DNA of 64,000 nucleotides from a bacterium (GTDB lineage Bacteria > Patescibacteriota > Patescibacteriia > Patescibacteriales > UBA12465): contig JAUYNJ010000004.1 in NCBI GenBank assembly GCA_030696105.1, forward strand, positions 77,872-141,871. Reading direction: 5' to 3'. The notes below the pieces were generated by a model. It was not told the origin of the DNA. It made no database searches and worked only from the letters and a program-made list of their open reading frames with translations. Position numbers and translations under genes: made by a program. Shown here piece by piece: positions 40,043 to 49,633 of the stretch; positions within the stretch are counted from its first letter, which is position 1, and each line of letters starts with the position of its first letter.

Positions 40043-40588
40043 TTATTTTTCGTCCTTTTTGAAAGGGAAACCGAAGGCGGTAAATAAGGCTAAGCCCTCT
40101 GCCCTGGTCTTGGCACTAGTATTGATACTAATCTCTAAACCATAGACCTGATCGATATCTTCAGCACGTAATTCTGGGAAAGCGGAGTAATCTTTGAAGC
40201 CAACAGTCATATTACCAGTGCGGTCGATGCCTTTATCGCTAATACCGCGGAAATCGCGTACGCGCGGGAAAGTCACCTGCACCAATTTTTCAACGAAGTC
40301 ATACATGCGATCACCTCTTAAGGTAGCGACAGCACCGATAACCTGTCCTTGGCGTAATTTGAAAGCGGAAATTGATTTCTTCGCCTTGGTCATGATTGGC
40401 TTTTGTCCACTAATTTTAGTGAGGCTCTTTTCAATTGTTGCAATCGCTTCCTTTTCCTTAGCATGCTTGCCGAAACCAATGTTGATTACGACTTTTTGCA
40501 AACGAGGAACTAAGAGGCTGTTCTTATAAGAGAACTGCTCCTTAAGTTGTGGTACGATTTCTTTTTGGTATTTTGCTTTTAAGCTCAT
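40043..40588 (-). CDS. rplE: 50S ribosomal protein L5
   Basis: [12 protein letters not shown]...FPRVRDFRG motifs. Confidence 0.95.
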   Translation of the reverse strand: MSLKAKYQKEIVPQLKEQFSYKNSLLVPRLQKVVINIGFGKHAKEKEAIATIEKSLTKISGQKPIMTKAKKSISAFKLRQGQVIGAVATLRGDRMYDFVEKLVQVTFPRVRDFRGISDKGIDRTGNMTVGFKDYSAFPELRAEDIDQVYGLEISINTSAKTRAEGLALFTAFGFPFKKDEK

Positions 40589-40598
40589 AGAATTGAGG

Positions 40599-40919
40599 TT
40601 ACTCGATTACGGTCTGACATTTCTTACAGACACGATATTTTTTTGTGCCCTTCTCTCCTTCGACAACCTTGGCGCCGACACGTGTCTGACGACCACAGGA
40701 AGGACAGATTAATGCAACGTTCGAGGCATTAATGAAAGCCGGAAATTCAATGCGCTGACCCTTTTCGCCTTCGCGATTAGGACGCATGTGTTTGACGAGG
40801 AGGTTAAGGCCTTCGATGCTGACCTTCCCTTCCTTCGGTAAAACCTGCAAAACCTTACCGGTCTTGCCGCTATCTTTACCGGCCAATATTTTTACATTGT
40901 CATTTTTCTTGATATGCAT
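40599..40919 (-). CDS. rplX: 50S ribosomal protein L24 with a CxxC...CxxC C-terminal segment
   Basis: KOW region IKKNDNVKILAGKDSGKTGKV, then CPSCGRQTRV...RVCKKC. Confidence 0.93.
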   Translation of the reverse strand: MHIKKNDNVKILAGKDSGKTGKVLQVLPKEGKVSIEGLNLLVKHMRPNREGEKGQRIEFPAFINASNVALICPSCGRQTRVGAKVVEGEKGTKKYRVCKKCQTVIE

Positions 40920-40943
40920 ATGTTCGATTCGTTAGGCTCTAAA

Positions 40944-41318
40944 TTATAAGACTTCGGGAGCCAAAGAAGCGATCTTCACGAAACCGGCCTGGCGCACTTC
41001 TCTTGCCACCGGTCCGAAGATTCTCGTACCTTTCGGATCTTTTTTTTCTTTATCGACGAGGACGACGCAAGCATTGTCATCGAAGCGCACATAGGTGCCG
41101 TCAGCGCGACGAATCTCTTTGCTAGTGCGAACGATAACCGCCTTGATTACATCGCTCTTTTTCACAGCGGCATGAGGTGAGGCGCTTTTAACAGTGGCGA
41201 CGATGATATCGCCGACATGTCCATAGCGTTTGCGATATCCACCTAAAACGCGGATACACATCACTTCCTTGGCGCCGGAATTATCGGCTACTTTTAATCT
41301 TGTCTGTACTTGGATCAT
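40944..41318 (-). CDS. rplN: 50S ribosomal protein L14
   Basis: Start at [18 protein letters not shown]. The longer ORF is an upstream extension. Confidence 0.95.
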   Translation of the reverse strand: MIQVQTRLKVADNSGAKEVMCIRVLGGYRKRYGHVGDIIVATVKSASPHAAVKKSDVIKAVIVRTSKEIRRADGTYVRFDDNACVVLVDKEKKDPKGTRIFGPVAREVRQAGFVKIASLAPEVL

Positions 41319-41328
41319 ACAATAATGT

Positions 41329-41604
41329 TTAGTTCTCAATTAAACGCCAGCGCTTGTTCTTGCTGAGTGGGCGGCACTCGATGAAAGTGACTTTATCGCC
41401 TTCCTTACTGATATTCTTTTCATCGTGAACGTGATATTTCTGACTAACGGTATAGCGCTTTTTATATTTCTGATTGACTTTAGTGGAATCAATTCTAACC
41501 ACGGCGGTTTTGTCGCCTTTAGCACTAACAACGACTCCGTTGAAGCGCTTGATGGTTTTTGTTACCGCTGGTGTGGCGGCCGCTGTTGTTTTAGTTGCGG
41601 GCAT
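41329..41604 (-). CDS. rpsQ: 30S ribosomal protein S17
   Basis: [14 protein letters not shown]...KYHVHDE...CRPLSK motifs. Confidence 0.95.
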   Translation of the reverse strand: MPATKTTAAATPAVTKTIKRFNGVVVSAKGDKTAVVRIDSTKVNQKYKKRYTVSQKYHVHDEKNISKEGDKVTFIECRPLSKNKRWRLIEN

Positions 41605-41615
41605 AATAGTATAGA

Positions 41616-41801
41616 TTAAGCTTTCGCGTTAAGGACCGTCATGATCCGGGCGATGGTTTCTCTTGTCTCCCTAATCTCACGGATATTTTTCAACTGACGG
41701 TTGGAATCTTTGAAGCGCAATTCGCGCAACTTTTCCCGGTATTCTGCTAATAGCTTCTGGAGATCAGCCGGACTTTTAGTTGTAAGCTCTTTCATTTCCA
41801 T
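41616..41801 (-). CDS. rpmC: 50S ribosomal protein L29
   Basis: 61-aa helical hairpin in the position between rplP and rpsQ. Confidence 0.9.
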   Translation of the reverse strand: MEMKELTTKSPADLQKLLAEYREKLRELRFKDSNRQLKNIREIRETRETIARIMTVLNAKA

Positions 41802-41835
41802 ATTGTTTTATAAAATATTTTTTGTGGTAACCGGC

Positions 41836-42240
41836 TTATTTACTGATAACTCTGCACTTTACCGGTAACTTGTGGCCGGCGAGTGTCATCGCTTGACGAG
41901 CAGTGGCCTCATCGACACCTTCCATTTCAAACATAACTGTTCCGGGTTTGACGATGGCGACGTAGTAGTCGACAGCACCTTTACCCTTACCCATGGGGAT
42001 TTCGCCACCATGAGCTGTAATAGGTTTGTCTGGGAAGATTCTAATCCAGAGCTTACCGGTCTTCTTGATATAACGAGTCATGACACGGCGGGCAGATTCA
42101 ATCTGACGTGAATTGACCCAGTGCTCTGTGGTCGCCTTCAAGCCATAGCTGCCGAAGCTGACCTCCACCATACGGGTGGCCACGCCACCGCGGCGGCGCT
42201 TATGGTCTTTCCGGTATTTTGTTTTCTTTGGCATTAACAT
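41836..42240 (-). CDS. rplP: 50S ribosomal protein L16
   Basis: MLMPKKTKYRK N-terminus and MGKGKG loop. Confidence 0.95.
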   Translation of the reverse strand: MLMPKKTKYRKDHKRRRGGVATRMVEVSFGSYGLKATTEHWVNSRQIESARRVMTRYIKKTGKLWIRIFPDKPITAHGGEIPMGKGKGAVDYYVAIVKPGTVMFEMEGVDEATARQAMTLAGHKLPVKCRVISK

Positions 42241-42269
42241 ATCGGTATTGAAAATCGTTAAATATTATC

Positions 42270-42950
42270 TTAGGCAGCGATGAGTTCGCCTTTGCCATCC
42301 TTCTCTTTCTCGAAGACTTCACCTTTATAGATCCAGACCTTGATGCCGATGGCGCCATAAGCAGTGTTAGCAACACCACGAGCATAGTCGATATCAGCAC
42401 GGAGAGTCTGTAATGGCACTTTGCCCCAGACGAGTTTTTCGGTACGAGCGATCTCAGCTCCATTTAAACGACCAGCGATAACGACTTTGACGCCGAGGGC
42501 GCCACCACGTTCGACGCGGCCGAGAAGCTGCTTCATCACCTTACGGAAAGGCATGCGTTTCTCAATTTCTAAAATTGTAGTCTGAACAGCGATTTGGGCG
42601 CTGGTTTGAGGGCGAGCGACTTCCTTGATATTCAAAGTGATTTCACCCATGCGGAAATTGCGCAGGAATTGATCGTGGATTTTCTTTTTAAGATCTTCCA
42701 CGCCATTACCGCCGCGACCGATGAGAAGACCCGGCTTAGCTGTCCAAAGATCGATCATGATCTTATTCAAACTGCGGGTGATTTCCACCTTATCAACGCC
42801 AGCTTCACGCAAAGTTTTGATGAGGTGCTTTCTAATCGCAATATCCTGTTGAATATTTTTGATATAGGTTGCGCCACTCTCAAACCAGATGGAAGGCCAG
42901 GTCTTGGTGATGCCTAAACGCATCACTTTTGGATTTACTTTTTTGCCCAT
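42270..42950 (-). CDS. rpsC: 30S ribosomal protein S3
   Basis: MGKKVNP...KH domain...GRLNGAEIAR motifs. Confidence 0.95.
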   Translation of the reverse strand: MGKKVNPKVMRLGITKTWPSIWFESGATYIKNIQQDIAIRKHLIKTLREAGVDKVEITRSLNKIMIDLWTAKPGLLIGRGGNGVEDLKKKIHDQFLRNFRMGEITLNIKEVARPQTSAQIAVQTTILEIEKRMPFRKVMKQLLGRVERGGALGVKVVIAGRLNGAEIARTEKLVWGKVPLQTLRADIDYARGVANTAYGAIGIKVWIYKGEVFEKEKDGKGELIAA

Positions 42951-42990
42951 ACTATTTATGTTGCGAATTAATTGCTAGAGAGAAATATTC

Positions 42991-43524
42991 TTAACTGCCA
43001 ACCTTACGATTGAAAACTTTACTTGTGAAGCCCTTGCCGGATTTAACATCGGCATTAACTTTGCCTCCGTCCTTTGATGTCTTATCATCCTTCTTTGCGC
43101 CCTTAGAGCGCTTCTCCGCTTCAGCGACAACGGTTTCGAGTTTGACTGGCGCTTCAACCTTATCTTTACGAGCTTCTTTTTTGCCGCCTTCAACGATTTC
43201 GGCCAGGGTAACGTGTACGTGTGAACCGCGTTTGCGGATAACAGTAGCGCGACCGTGAGCCTTAGGCATCCAGCGCTTTAAGGTAACGCCCCCATCAACT
43301 TTGATTTCTTTGATGAAGAGGTTATCCTTAGCCAAGCTGAAATTATGCTCGGCATTAGCAACAGCCGAAAGGATAAGTTTTTTAACGGGGTCAGATGCAA
43401 GTTTATTTAAAAACTGCAATTGATCTAATGCTTTATCGATGGTCATGCCACGTACAACATCAACAACCAAGCGCACCTTGCGTGGTCCCATTCTTAAATG
43501 ATTTAAACTAGCTTTAATTTCCAT
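42991..43524 (-). CDS. rplV: 50S ribosomal protein L22 with a basic C-terminal extension of about 60 aa
   Basis: LRMGPRKVRLVVDVVRG and PKAHGRATVIRKRGSHV motifs. Confidence 0.95.
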   Translation of the reverse strand: MEIKASLNHLRMGPRKVRLVVDVVRGMTIDKALDQLQFLNKLASDPVKKLILSAVANAEHNFSLAKDNLFIKEIKVDGGVTLKRWMPKAHGRATVIRKRGSHVHVTLAEIVEGGKKEARKDKVEAPVKLETVVAEAEKRSKGAKKDDKTSKDGGKVNADVKSGKGFTSKVFNRKVGS

Positions 43525-43541
43525 AGGATTCGCTGTTATTT

Positions 43542-43829
43542 TTATTTCTTGGCCGCACCCTGGGCTTTCGCCATCTTGCCACCATGGGCAACGAACTTGC
43601 GGGTTGGTGAAAATTCGCCTAAGCGATGACCGACCATGTTTTCAACCACATATACCGGAGTGTGAACTCTGCCGTTATGGACGCCAAAGGTATGGCCAAC
43701 CATTTCCGGAACGATCACGCAGGCACGATCCCACACCTTGAGGACAGTTTTGTCGCCAGGTTTAAGATCGAGCACCCTCTTTACGAGGCGCTGATTGATA
43801 TAGGGTCCTTTTTTCAAACTTCTTGACAT
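43542..43829 (-). CDS. rpsS: 30S ribosomal protein S19
   Basis: SRSLKKGPY...[10 protein letters not shown]...GHRLGEF motifs. Confidence 0.95.
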   Translation of the reverse strand: MSRSLKKGPYINQRLVKRVLDLKPGDKTVLKVWDRACVIVPEMVGHTFGVHNGRVHTPVYVVENMVGHRLGEFSPTRKFVAHGGKMAKAQGAAKK

Positions 43830-43862
43830 ATGCTTTTTATGATTTGTGGATAAAGCTTAAGG

Positions 43863-44699
43863 TTATTTTCTCTTCGCGCGGCGCTTGATAATTAACTTAG
43901 AGGAAGAGCGCTTGCGGCGAGTTTTGACACCAAGAGCCGGTTTGCCCCAAGGAGTCTTCGGATGGCGGAGACCAATGGACTGGTTGCCTTCACCACCACC
44001 ATGGGGGTGATCAACCGGGTTCATTGCGCTACCACGGACGGTTGGACGGATGCCCAAGTGACGGCTGCGGCCAGCCTTGCCTAAGGTGATGTGACGTTTA
44101 TCAGCATTACTTGCCTGGCCAACGGTGCACATGCACTCTTTTTTTACTAAACGGATTTCTCCGCTCGGCATTTTGACCTGAGCATACTTCCCTTCAACAC
44201 CCATGACGAATACAGCGTTACCGGCTCCACGGGCGACCTTCGCACCACGGCCTGGTTCTAATTCGAGACTATTAATCGCAACACCGGCTGGAATGAATTG
44301 TACTTGCATGGCGTTACCGATTTTGATCTCAATCAGATTCTTTGAGCTCATGATTTTCTCACCGACTGGCAAGTTTGCAGGAGCAGTGATATATCTTTTT
44401 TCGCCATCAGCATAATTTAACAAAGCGATGCGAGTTCCGCGATTCGGATCATATTCGATAGCGGCAACTGTTGCTGGAATTTCAAACTTATCACGCTTGA
44501 AATCAACGATGCGGATAAATCTCTTTTCGCCGCCACCGCGATGACGCACAGTAATTTTACCCTGACTATTGCGTCCGCTGGTTTTTTTCTTAATGACAAT
44601 CAAGCTCTTTTCCGGAGTGTGCTTGGTGATATCAGCAAAATCATCAAAAGTTGCATGACGGCGACCGGGAGTATTTGCTTGTACTTTTTTGATACCCAT
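43863..44699 (-). CDS. rplB: 50S ribosomal protein L2
   Basis: GRNSQGKITVRHRGGG and NPVDHPHGGGEG motifs. Confidence 0.95.
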   Translation of the reverse strand: MGIKKVQANTPGRRHATFDDFADITKHTPEKSLIVIKKKTSGRNSQGKITVRHRGGGEKRFIRIVDFKRDKFEIPATVAAIEYDPNRGTRIALLNYADGEKRYITAPANLPVGEKIMSSKNLIEIKIGNAMQVQFIPAGVAINSLELEPGRGAKVARGAGNAVFVMGVEGKYAQVKMPSGEIRLVKKECMCTVGQASNADKRHITLGKAGRSRHLGIRPTVRGSAMNPVDHPHGGGEGNQSIGLRHPKTPWGKPALGVKTRRKRSSSKLIIKRRAKRK

Positions 44700-44726
44700 A
44701 TGTGTCTGTACTTGATTAGATAAAAA

Positions 44727-45206
44727 TTATACGCCTTCGTAAATCTTGATGGTCTCGCCCTTTTTCAAGGTGACGATAACCTTCTTCCAGTCTTTTCTCT
44801 GACCGCGGATACGGCCACGAGTAACGACTTTGCCCTTCATGGCGATAATGTTGACTCTCACCGGAGTAACACCGTAGATAGCTTGAACCGCTTTCGCGAC
44901 CTCAATCTTATTGGCATTAGGCGTAATGACAAAAGCATACTTATTTAACGCCCCGAGCTCAGTCGCTTTTTCAGTGATGAGTGGTTTTGCTAATACGCGA
45001 TATGCTCCTTCATAACGGGTTGTAGGTGCGGATTTCTTCTTGCTCGAAGTTTTCTTAACTGAGTCAGAAGCATACAATTCCTGCATGCTCTGTTCGCCCG
45101 CTACTTCCGGGGCCTTCTTCACTTCTTTGGTTTCCGCGACCTTACCCTCAGCCTTCTTGGCTGCTGGTTTTTTCGCGCTAGGTTGTTTTGCTCCAAATAA
45201 AGCCAT
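44727..45206 (-). CDS. rplW: 50S ribosomal protein L23 with a K/A-rich N-terminal extension of about 65 aa
   Basis: PLITEKATEL...KIEVAKAVQAIYGV core sequence. Confidence 0.93.
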   Translation of the reverse strand: MALFGAKQPSAKKPAAKKAEGKVAETKEVKKAPEVAGEQSMQELYASDSVKKTSSKKKSAPTTRYEGAYRVLAKPLITEKATELGALNKYAFVITPNANKIEVAKAVQAIYGVTPVRVNIIAMKGKVVTRGRIRGQRKDWKKVIVTLKKGETIKIYEGV

Positions 45207-45248
45207 ATATTTATTTCAAGATTCAAGATTCAAAATTTAGATGATTGA

Positions 45249-45902
45249 TTATTTCTTACTGTATTGCTTTTCGAGTGAAGTGATTCCCTCTTCAGTCATC
45301 AGAACTTGGCGGGAGGTAATTAAGTCAACGATGTTGATATTTTCAGGGTTAATGATTGTAACACCCTTCAAGTTACGACCGGAATATCTTGCCTTCTCAT
45401 CTTTTTCGCCATTGATGACGAGCAGTGAGCGACGATCGGCTGGTAACACATCTTTTTCAAAGGCTGCTAACATCGCATTAAACTGTTTTGTTTTAAATTC
45501 TTCCATCTTCAGAGTATCGATGATGACGAGGCTTGACTGTGCGATCTTATCAGATAAACACATCATAATTGCCTTCTGGCGCATCTTCTTATTCATCTTC
45601 ATGCTGAAGTTGCGATCCTTTGTAGGACCGAAGGTGACACCACCGCCAACCCATAAAGGTGAACGGCTTGAGCCCACACGAGCACGACCAGTTCCCTTTT
45701 GTTTCCAAGGCTTCTTGCCGCCGCCACGAACTTCGCTACGATCCTTAGTGTGAGCTAAGACCTGGCGTTCATTGGCCTGCTGAGTGATAACTGCCTGATG
45801 CAAAAGATCAGCATTAGCTTTCATGCCAAAAATTTTAGCGGATAGCTCAAGATCCTTGATAGGAGCAGCGCTCTGATTATAAACTTTTACTTTGATAGAC
45901 AT
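45249..45902 (-). CDS. rplD: 50S ribosomal protein L4
   Basis: RGGGKKPWKQKGTGRARVGS motif. Confidence 0.95.
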   Translation of the reverse strand: MSIKVKVYNQSAAPIKDLELSAKIFGMKANADLLHQAVITQQANERQVLAHTKDRSEVRGGGKKPWKQKGTGRARVGSSRSPLWVGGGVTFGPTKDRNFSMKMNKKMRQKAIMMCLSDKIAQSSLVIIDTLKMEEFKTKQFNAMLAAFEKDVLPADRRSLLVINGEKDEKARYSGRNLKGVTIINPENINIVDLITSRQVLMTEEGITSLEKQYSKK

Positions 45903-45930
45903 ATGATTAAACCGGACTTATCTTAATTGA

Positions 45931-46734
45931 TTAAGCGGCCTGAGCCTCTTCTTTTTTTTCTTCAACAACAACTTCTTCTTTAACCTCAACAACTTCTTCT
46001 TTAACTTCAGGGGTTTCTTCCTTAACTTCTTCCGTGGCAACAGCATCTTCCTTAACTTCTTCTACTACAACTTCTTCGGCTACAACTTCCTCTACTACTG
46101 GAGCGACGTTAAACGCTAATTCGCCCTGTCCTTTGATAAGAAGTAGACCTTCAGCAGCTCCCGGAAGAGCGCCCTTAATATATATAATGTTCTTTTCTAA
46201 ATCGACAGAAGCAATTTCGAGATTAGTAACGGTCACGCGTTCATTACCCATGCGTCCACCCATGCGCATACCCTTGAAGATATGAGCTGGACCTTTAGCA
46301 CCAACGGAACCAGGCATACGAAGCTGATCCTTATTACCGTGACTCTTACGTCCACCGGCGAAGTGATAGCGCTTAACGACACCCTGGAAACCGCGACCCT
46401 TGGAAGTGCCAGTCACAGCGACAATGTCGCCAGCGGCAAAAGTACCAGCAGTGATTTTGTCACCAACCTTGGCAGCAACATCACCTTCAGTGCGGAACTC
46501 ACGAACGTGCATCGGAGCAACACCAGCCTTTTTAAAGTGGCCGAGTTGTGGTTTTTTGATATTTTTTTCTTTGCGGATACCGTATGCAAGCTGCAGAGCG
46601 GAATATTTATCAGTAGCAGCCGTCTTAACCTGAGTAACAACACAAGGACCAGCCGCCACCGGAGTAACAGCCCAAACCTTGTCATTTGCCCAAACCTGGG
46701 TCATCGGCATTTTTTTTCCTAAAATGAATTTCAT
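45931..46734 (-). CDS. rplC: 50S ribosomal protein L3 with a Glu/Val-rich C-terminal repeat tail of about 60 aa
   Basis: GTSKGRGFQGVVKRYHFAGG motif. The tail reads VVEEVVAEEVVVEEVKE... Confidence 0.95.
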   Translation of the reverse strand: MKFILGKKMPMTQVWANDKVWAVTPVAAGPCVVTQVKTAATDKYSALQLAYGIRKEKNIKKPQLGHFKKAGVAPMHVREFRTEGDVAAKVGDKITAGTFAAGDIVAVTGTSKGRGFQGVVKRYHFAGGRKSHGNKDQLRMPGSVGAKGPAHIFKGMRMGGRMGNERVTVTNLEIASVDLEKNIIYIKGALPGAAEGLLLIKGQGELAFNVAPVVEEVVAEEVVVEEVKEDAVATEEVKEETPEVKEEVVEVKEEVVVEEKKEEAQAA

Positions 46735-46945
46735 ATGTGTTTAAAACAAAAAACTGGTAAATATACCAGCTTAAAAACAAAATCTAAAAATTGCGCAATC
46801 CTCCTGCCTTCAATTTTTTTGCTTGTTTTCTTGCTGTATTTCTCCTTGTAGCTACTTATTCATCGTCTAGCACTTTCTACGGTAACATTACCGCAGAGTT
46901 ACTAGCCAACTCTTAAGTCGCCCTTAATCAATATTTGATTGTATC
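46735..46945 (-). promoter_or_regulatory. structured rpsJ-rplC intercistronic spacer with a terminator-like hairpin just before rplC
   Basis: 211-nt gap. On the minus strand, CTGGTATATTTACCAG followed by TTTTTTGTTTT (46743-46769) ends 8 nt before the rplC ATG. Further hairpins lie upstream: AGAGTT/AACTCT and CGGTA/TACCG. Confidence 0.45.
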
Positions 46946-47284
46946 TTACTGCATTTTAATCTCTACGTCAACCCCTGCTGGAAGATTCAAATTTGTTAAA
47001 TCTTCAATGGTTTTGCCGCTTGGATCAATGATGTCAATAATACGCTTATGTATGCGCATTTCGTACTGGTCACGAGCATCTTTGTGGACGAAAGTCGACC
47101 GGTTAACGGTATACTTGCGCTTCTCAGTCGGTAATGGAATCGGACCGAAAAAACTAGCATCACTGCGCTCAATCGTATCAACGATAGTCTTAGTGGACTG
47201 ATCAATAATCTTGTGATCAAAAGCTTTGATCTTAATACGGATTCTCTGCTTGTAATCCTTTTCCTCTTTCTTGGGTTCTGACAT
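46946..47284 (-). CDS. rpsJ: 30S ribosomal protein S10
   Basis: [18 protein letters not shown] signature. Confidence 0.95.
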   Translation of the reverse strand: MSEPKKEEKDYKQRIRIKIKAFDHKIIDQSTKTIVDTIERSDASFFGPIPLPTEKRKYTVNRSTFVHKDARDQYEMRIHKRIIDIIDPSGKTIEDLTNLNLPAGVDVEIKMQ

Positions 47285-47374
47285 AGAAGAATGTACGTTT
47301 ATTTTCTTAAATAAATTGATAAATTAACACTATCAGTCTACCCTGAAAACAGAGCAGACCTAAGTATCGACTTA

Positions 47375-48562
47375 TTATTTCGTAATCTTAACAACTGCAC
47401 CAGCACCAACGGTGCGGCCACCTTCGCGGATAGCGAAGCGTTGTTTTTCTTCCAAAGCAACTGGAGCGATTAACTTAACAGTGATAGTAACGGTATCACC
47501 AGGCATAACCATTTCGGTGCCTGCTGGTAATTCGACTTCACCGGTAACGTCAGTAGTTCTGATATAGAACTGAGGCTTGTAACCCTTGAAGAAAGGTTTG
47601 TGGCGTCCGCCTTCTTCCTTCGATAAGACGTAAATCTGTGCTTCGAATTCAGTGTGAGGAGTAACGCTGCCTGGCTTACATAAAACCTGTCCGCGTTCTA
47701 ACTCATTCTTCTTTGTACCGCGGAGTAATAAACCGGCATTGTCACCAGCTTCACCACGATCTAAAGACTTGTTAAACATTTCGACGCCAGTGATGGTAGT
47801 CTTCTTAGTGTCCATTAAACCAACGATTTCAACTTCTTCACCAACCTTGATGACACCGCGATCGATGCGGCCAGTGGCCACAGTACCGCGACCTTCGATG
47901 GAGAAAATATCTTCAATCGGCATCAAGAAAGGTAAATCGATGTTGCGTTCTGGCTGCGGGATGTATTCATCGAGCTGTTTCATGAGTTCCATGATTGGCT
48001 CAGCATCAGGTCCACTTGGATTTTCCAAAGCCTTCAGAGCGCTACCGCGAATAATTGGAGTTGTGTCACCCGGGAATTCATACTTCTTGAGTAAGTCGCG
48101 GATTTCCTCTTCAACGAGGTCGATTAACTCCTTATCCTCAACCATATCGCACTTGTTTAAGAAAACAACGATATAAGGCACACCCACCTGTCTTGCTAAC
48201 ACGATGTGTTCGCGAGTCTGGGGCATAGGGCCGTCAGTTGCGGAAACTACTAACACTGCACCGTCCATTTGAGCGGCACCGGTGATCATGTTCTTCACAT
48301 AATCAGCGTGGCCAGGACAATCGACGTGAGCGTAGTGACGTTTATCAGATTCATACTCAACGTGAGCAGTAGCGATAGTAATACCGCGTTCGCGTTCCTC
48401 AGGAGCAGCGTCAATTTCATTAACACCCTTCTTAGAAGCGCTCATACCGCGCGCGCCAAACACAGCCAACATCGCAGCTGTTAAAGTGGTCTTCCCGTGA
48501 TCAACGTGTCCGATGGTACCAACGTTGACATGGGGCTTTGTTCTTTCAAATTTTTCAGCCAT
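47375..48562 (-). CDS. tuf: elongation factor Tu
   Basis: [14 protein letters not shown] and NKCD GTPase motifs. 395 aa long. Confidence 0.97.
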   Translation of the reverse strand: MAEKFERTKPHVNVGTIGHVDHGKTTLTAAMLAVFGARGMSASKKGVNEIDAAPEERERGITIATAHVEYESDKRHYAHVDCPGHADYVKNMITGAAQMDGAVLVVSATDGPMPQTREHIVLARQVGVPYIVVFLNKCDMVEDKELIDLVEEEIRDLLKKYEFPGDTTPIIRGSALKALENPSGPDAEPIMELMKQLDEYIPQPERNIDLPFLMPIEDIFSIEGRGTVATGRIDRGVIKVGEEVEIVGLMDTKKTTITGVEMFNKSLDRGEAGDNAGLLLRGTKKNELERGQVLCKPGSVTPHTEFEAQIYVLSKEEGGRHKPFFKGYKPQFYIRTTDVTGEVELPAGTEMVMPGDTVTITVKLIAPVALEEKQRFAIREGGRTVGAGAVVKITK

Positions 48563-48640
48563 GGTTTTATACTTACGGCCCCCAAAGGGGTTTCTTTCCT
48601 ATAGAGGAAACCAGCCGTGAAAATTAGTTAATATTTTAAA
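48563..48640 (-). promoter_or_regulatory. structured 5' leader of tuf
   Basis: The minus strand reads ACGGC-[GGTTTCC..GGAAAGAAACC]-[CCCCTTTGGGG]-GCCGT. This gives two local hairpins enclosed by a 5-bp helix, 12 nt before the ATG. Confidence 0.35.
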
Positions 48641-48970
48641 TTAGTTACTGATATTTTGCGCCTTGCCCTTTACTTGCGGCGGGATGTTCCAATTCTTGCG
48701 AGAGGTGCTTTCTTCCGCTAAGAACTGAGAATTTTCATCGTTTTTCCAGTCTGAGATTTCGCGATTAATTTTATCACCTAAATCTCCATCTGTCAAACCG
48801 GGCTTATACACTGCCTCTTTTTTATCCAGCATTTCGGGAGAAATCATTTCTTCGTAGCGGTCCAGGTCAACGATGGCGAAGGAGTCCTCAGGTGTCTCGG
48901 CATCGAAAAAGATGATAGGATTCTTAGATTTTCTTGCTAATTTTAAAGCCTTTTTTAGTTGATCACGCAT
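48641..48970 (-). CDS. hypothetical protein; the N-terminus loosely resembles the Phd/YefM antitoxin fold
   Basis: 109-aa ORF. The pattern KNPIIFFDAETPEDSFAIVDLDRYEEM is the basis for the resemblance, which is weak and made by eye only. Confidence 0.5.
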   Translation of the reverse strand: MRDQLKKALKLARKSKNPIIFFDAETPEDSFAIVDLDRYEEMISPEMLDKKEAVYKPGLTDGDLGDKINREISDWKNDENSQFLAEESTSRKNWNIPPQVKGKAQNISN

Positions 48971-48997
48971 AGGATTAAGTGATAAACCTCCTTATTT

Positions 48998-49627
48998 CTA
49001 GTTTTTTGATTCAGTCGCAAGAATAGATAGTAAATCTCTATTAATCTCCTCTATTCCTGGTATCAACTTTTGTTTTTCTTTGTCACTCAAATTTGCATAT
49101 GACTGCAAATTATCAGGGATAACTTGATGTACTTTCTCACTTAGCGCACTTAACTTATCTAATGTTTCAGGAGTAAAATTGTGACTGTAATCAGGATCGT
49201 TTAAGATGTAGACAATATTAGAGGCTTGACTAAGGACATTTAATCCCAAGCGGTTACTCTCATAATACGCGGCCACATCCTCTTCCATTTCATACTTATT
49301 TGTTCTTTCCCACTCGCGTCTTAAGCCGTGGTTCTCATGGAATGTATCAGTGAAGGTCGGACTGCTCAAAAATTGATTGACCGCGACTAATGCATTTTGG
49401 ATTACTCCTTTAATTGCAAGGTCCGGCACGTCTTCAAATTCTGGTTTCAAACTCGTCACGACCATTTCTTTCCCTGACTCAACAATACTAATCGGATTGC
49501 CTCGCTCCGCACAAAAGGCTGTCATGACACTTTCCTTTTCTGCAATACTGCGCTCCTTCTGCTCAGCCTCCAGACTTTCTTCACTTGGTCGCACTCGATT
49601 AGCGAGAACGCTTGATTCACTTCTCAT
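48998..49627 (-). CDS. hypothetical protein
   Basis: 209-aa ORF located 6 nt downstream of the fusA stop. No recognisable motif. Confidence 0.55.
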   Translation of the reverse strand: MRSESSVLANRVRPSEESLEAEQKERSIAEKESVMTAFCAERGNPISIVESGKEMVVTSLKPEFEDVPDLAIKGVIQNALVAVNQFLSSPTFTDTFHENHGLRREWERTNKYEMEEDVAAYYESNRLGLNVLSQASNIVYILNDPDYSHNFTPETLDKLSALSEKVHQVIPDNLQSYANLSDKEKQKLIPGIEEINRDLLSILATESKN

Positions 49628-49633
49628 ATATTT

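Noticed and set aside
37720-46722. Long plus-strand ORFs antisense to ribosomal protein genes, for example 38019-38399, 45241-45753, 46282-46722 and 47739-48176.
   Set aside because: They lie fully inside strongly supported minus-strand genes and have low-complexity, Ser/Thr/Arg-rich translations typical of shadow ORFs.
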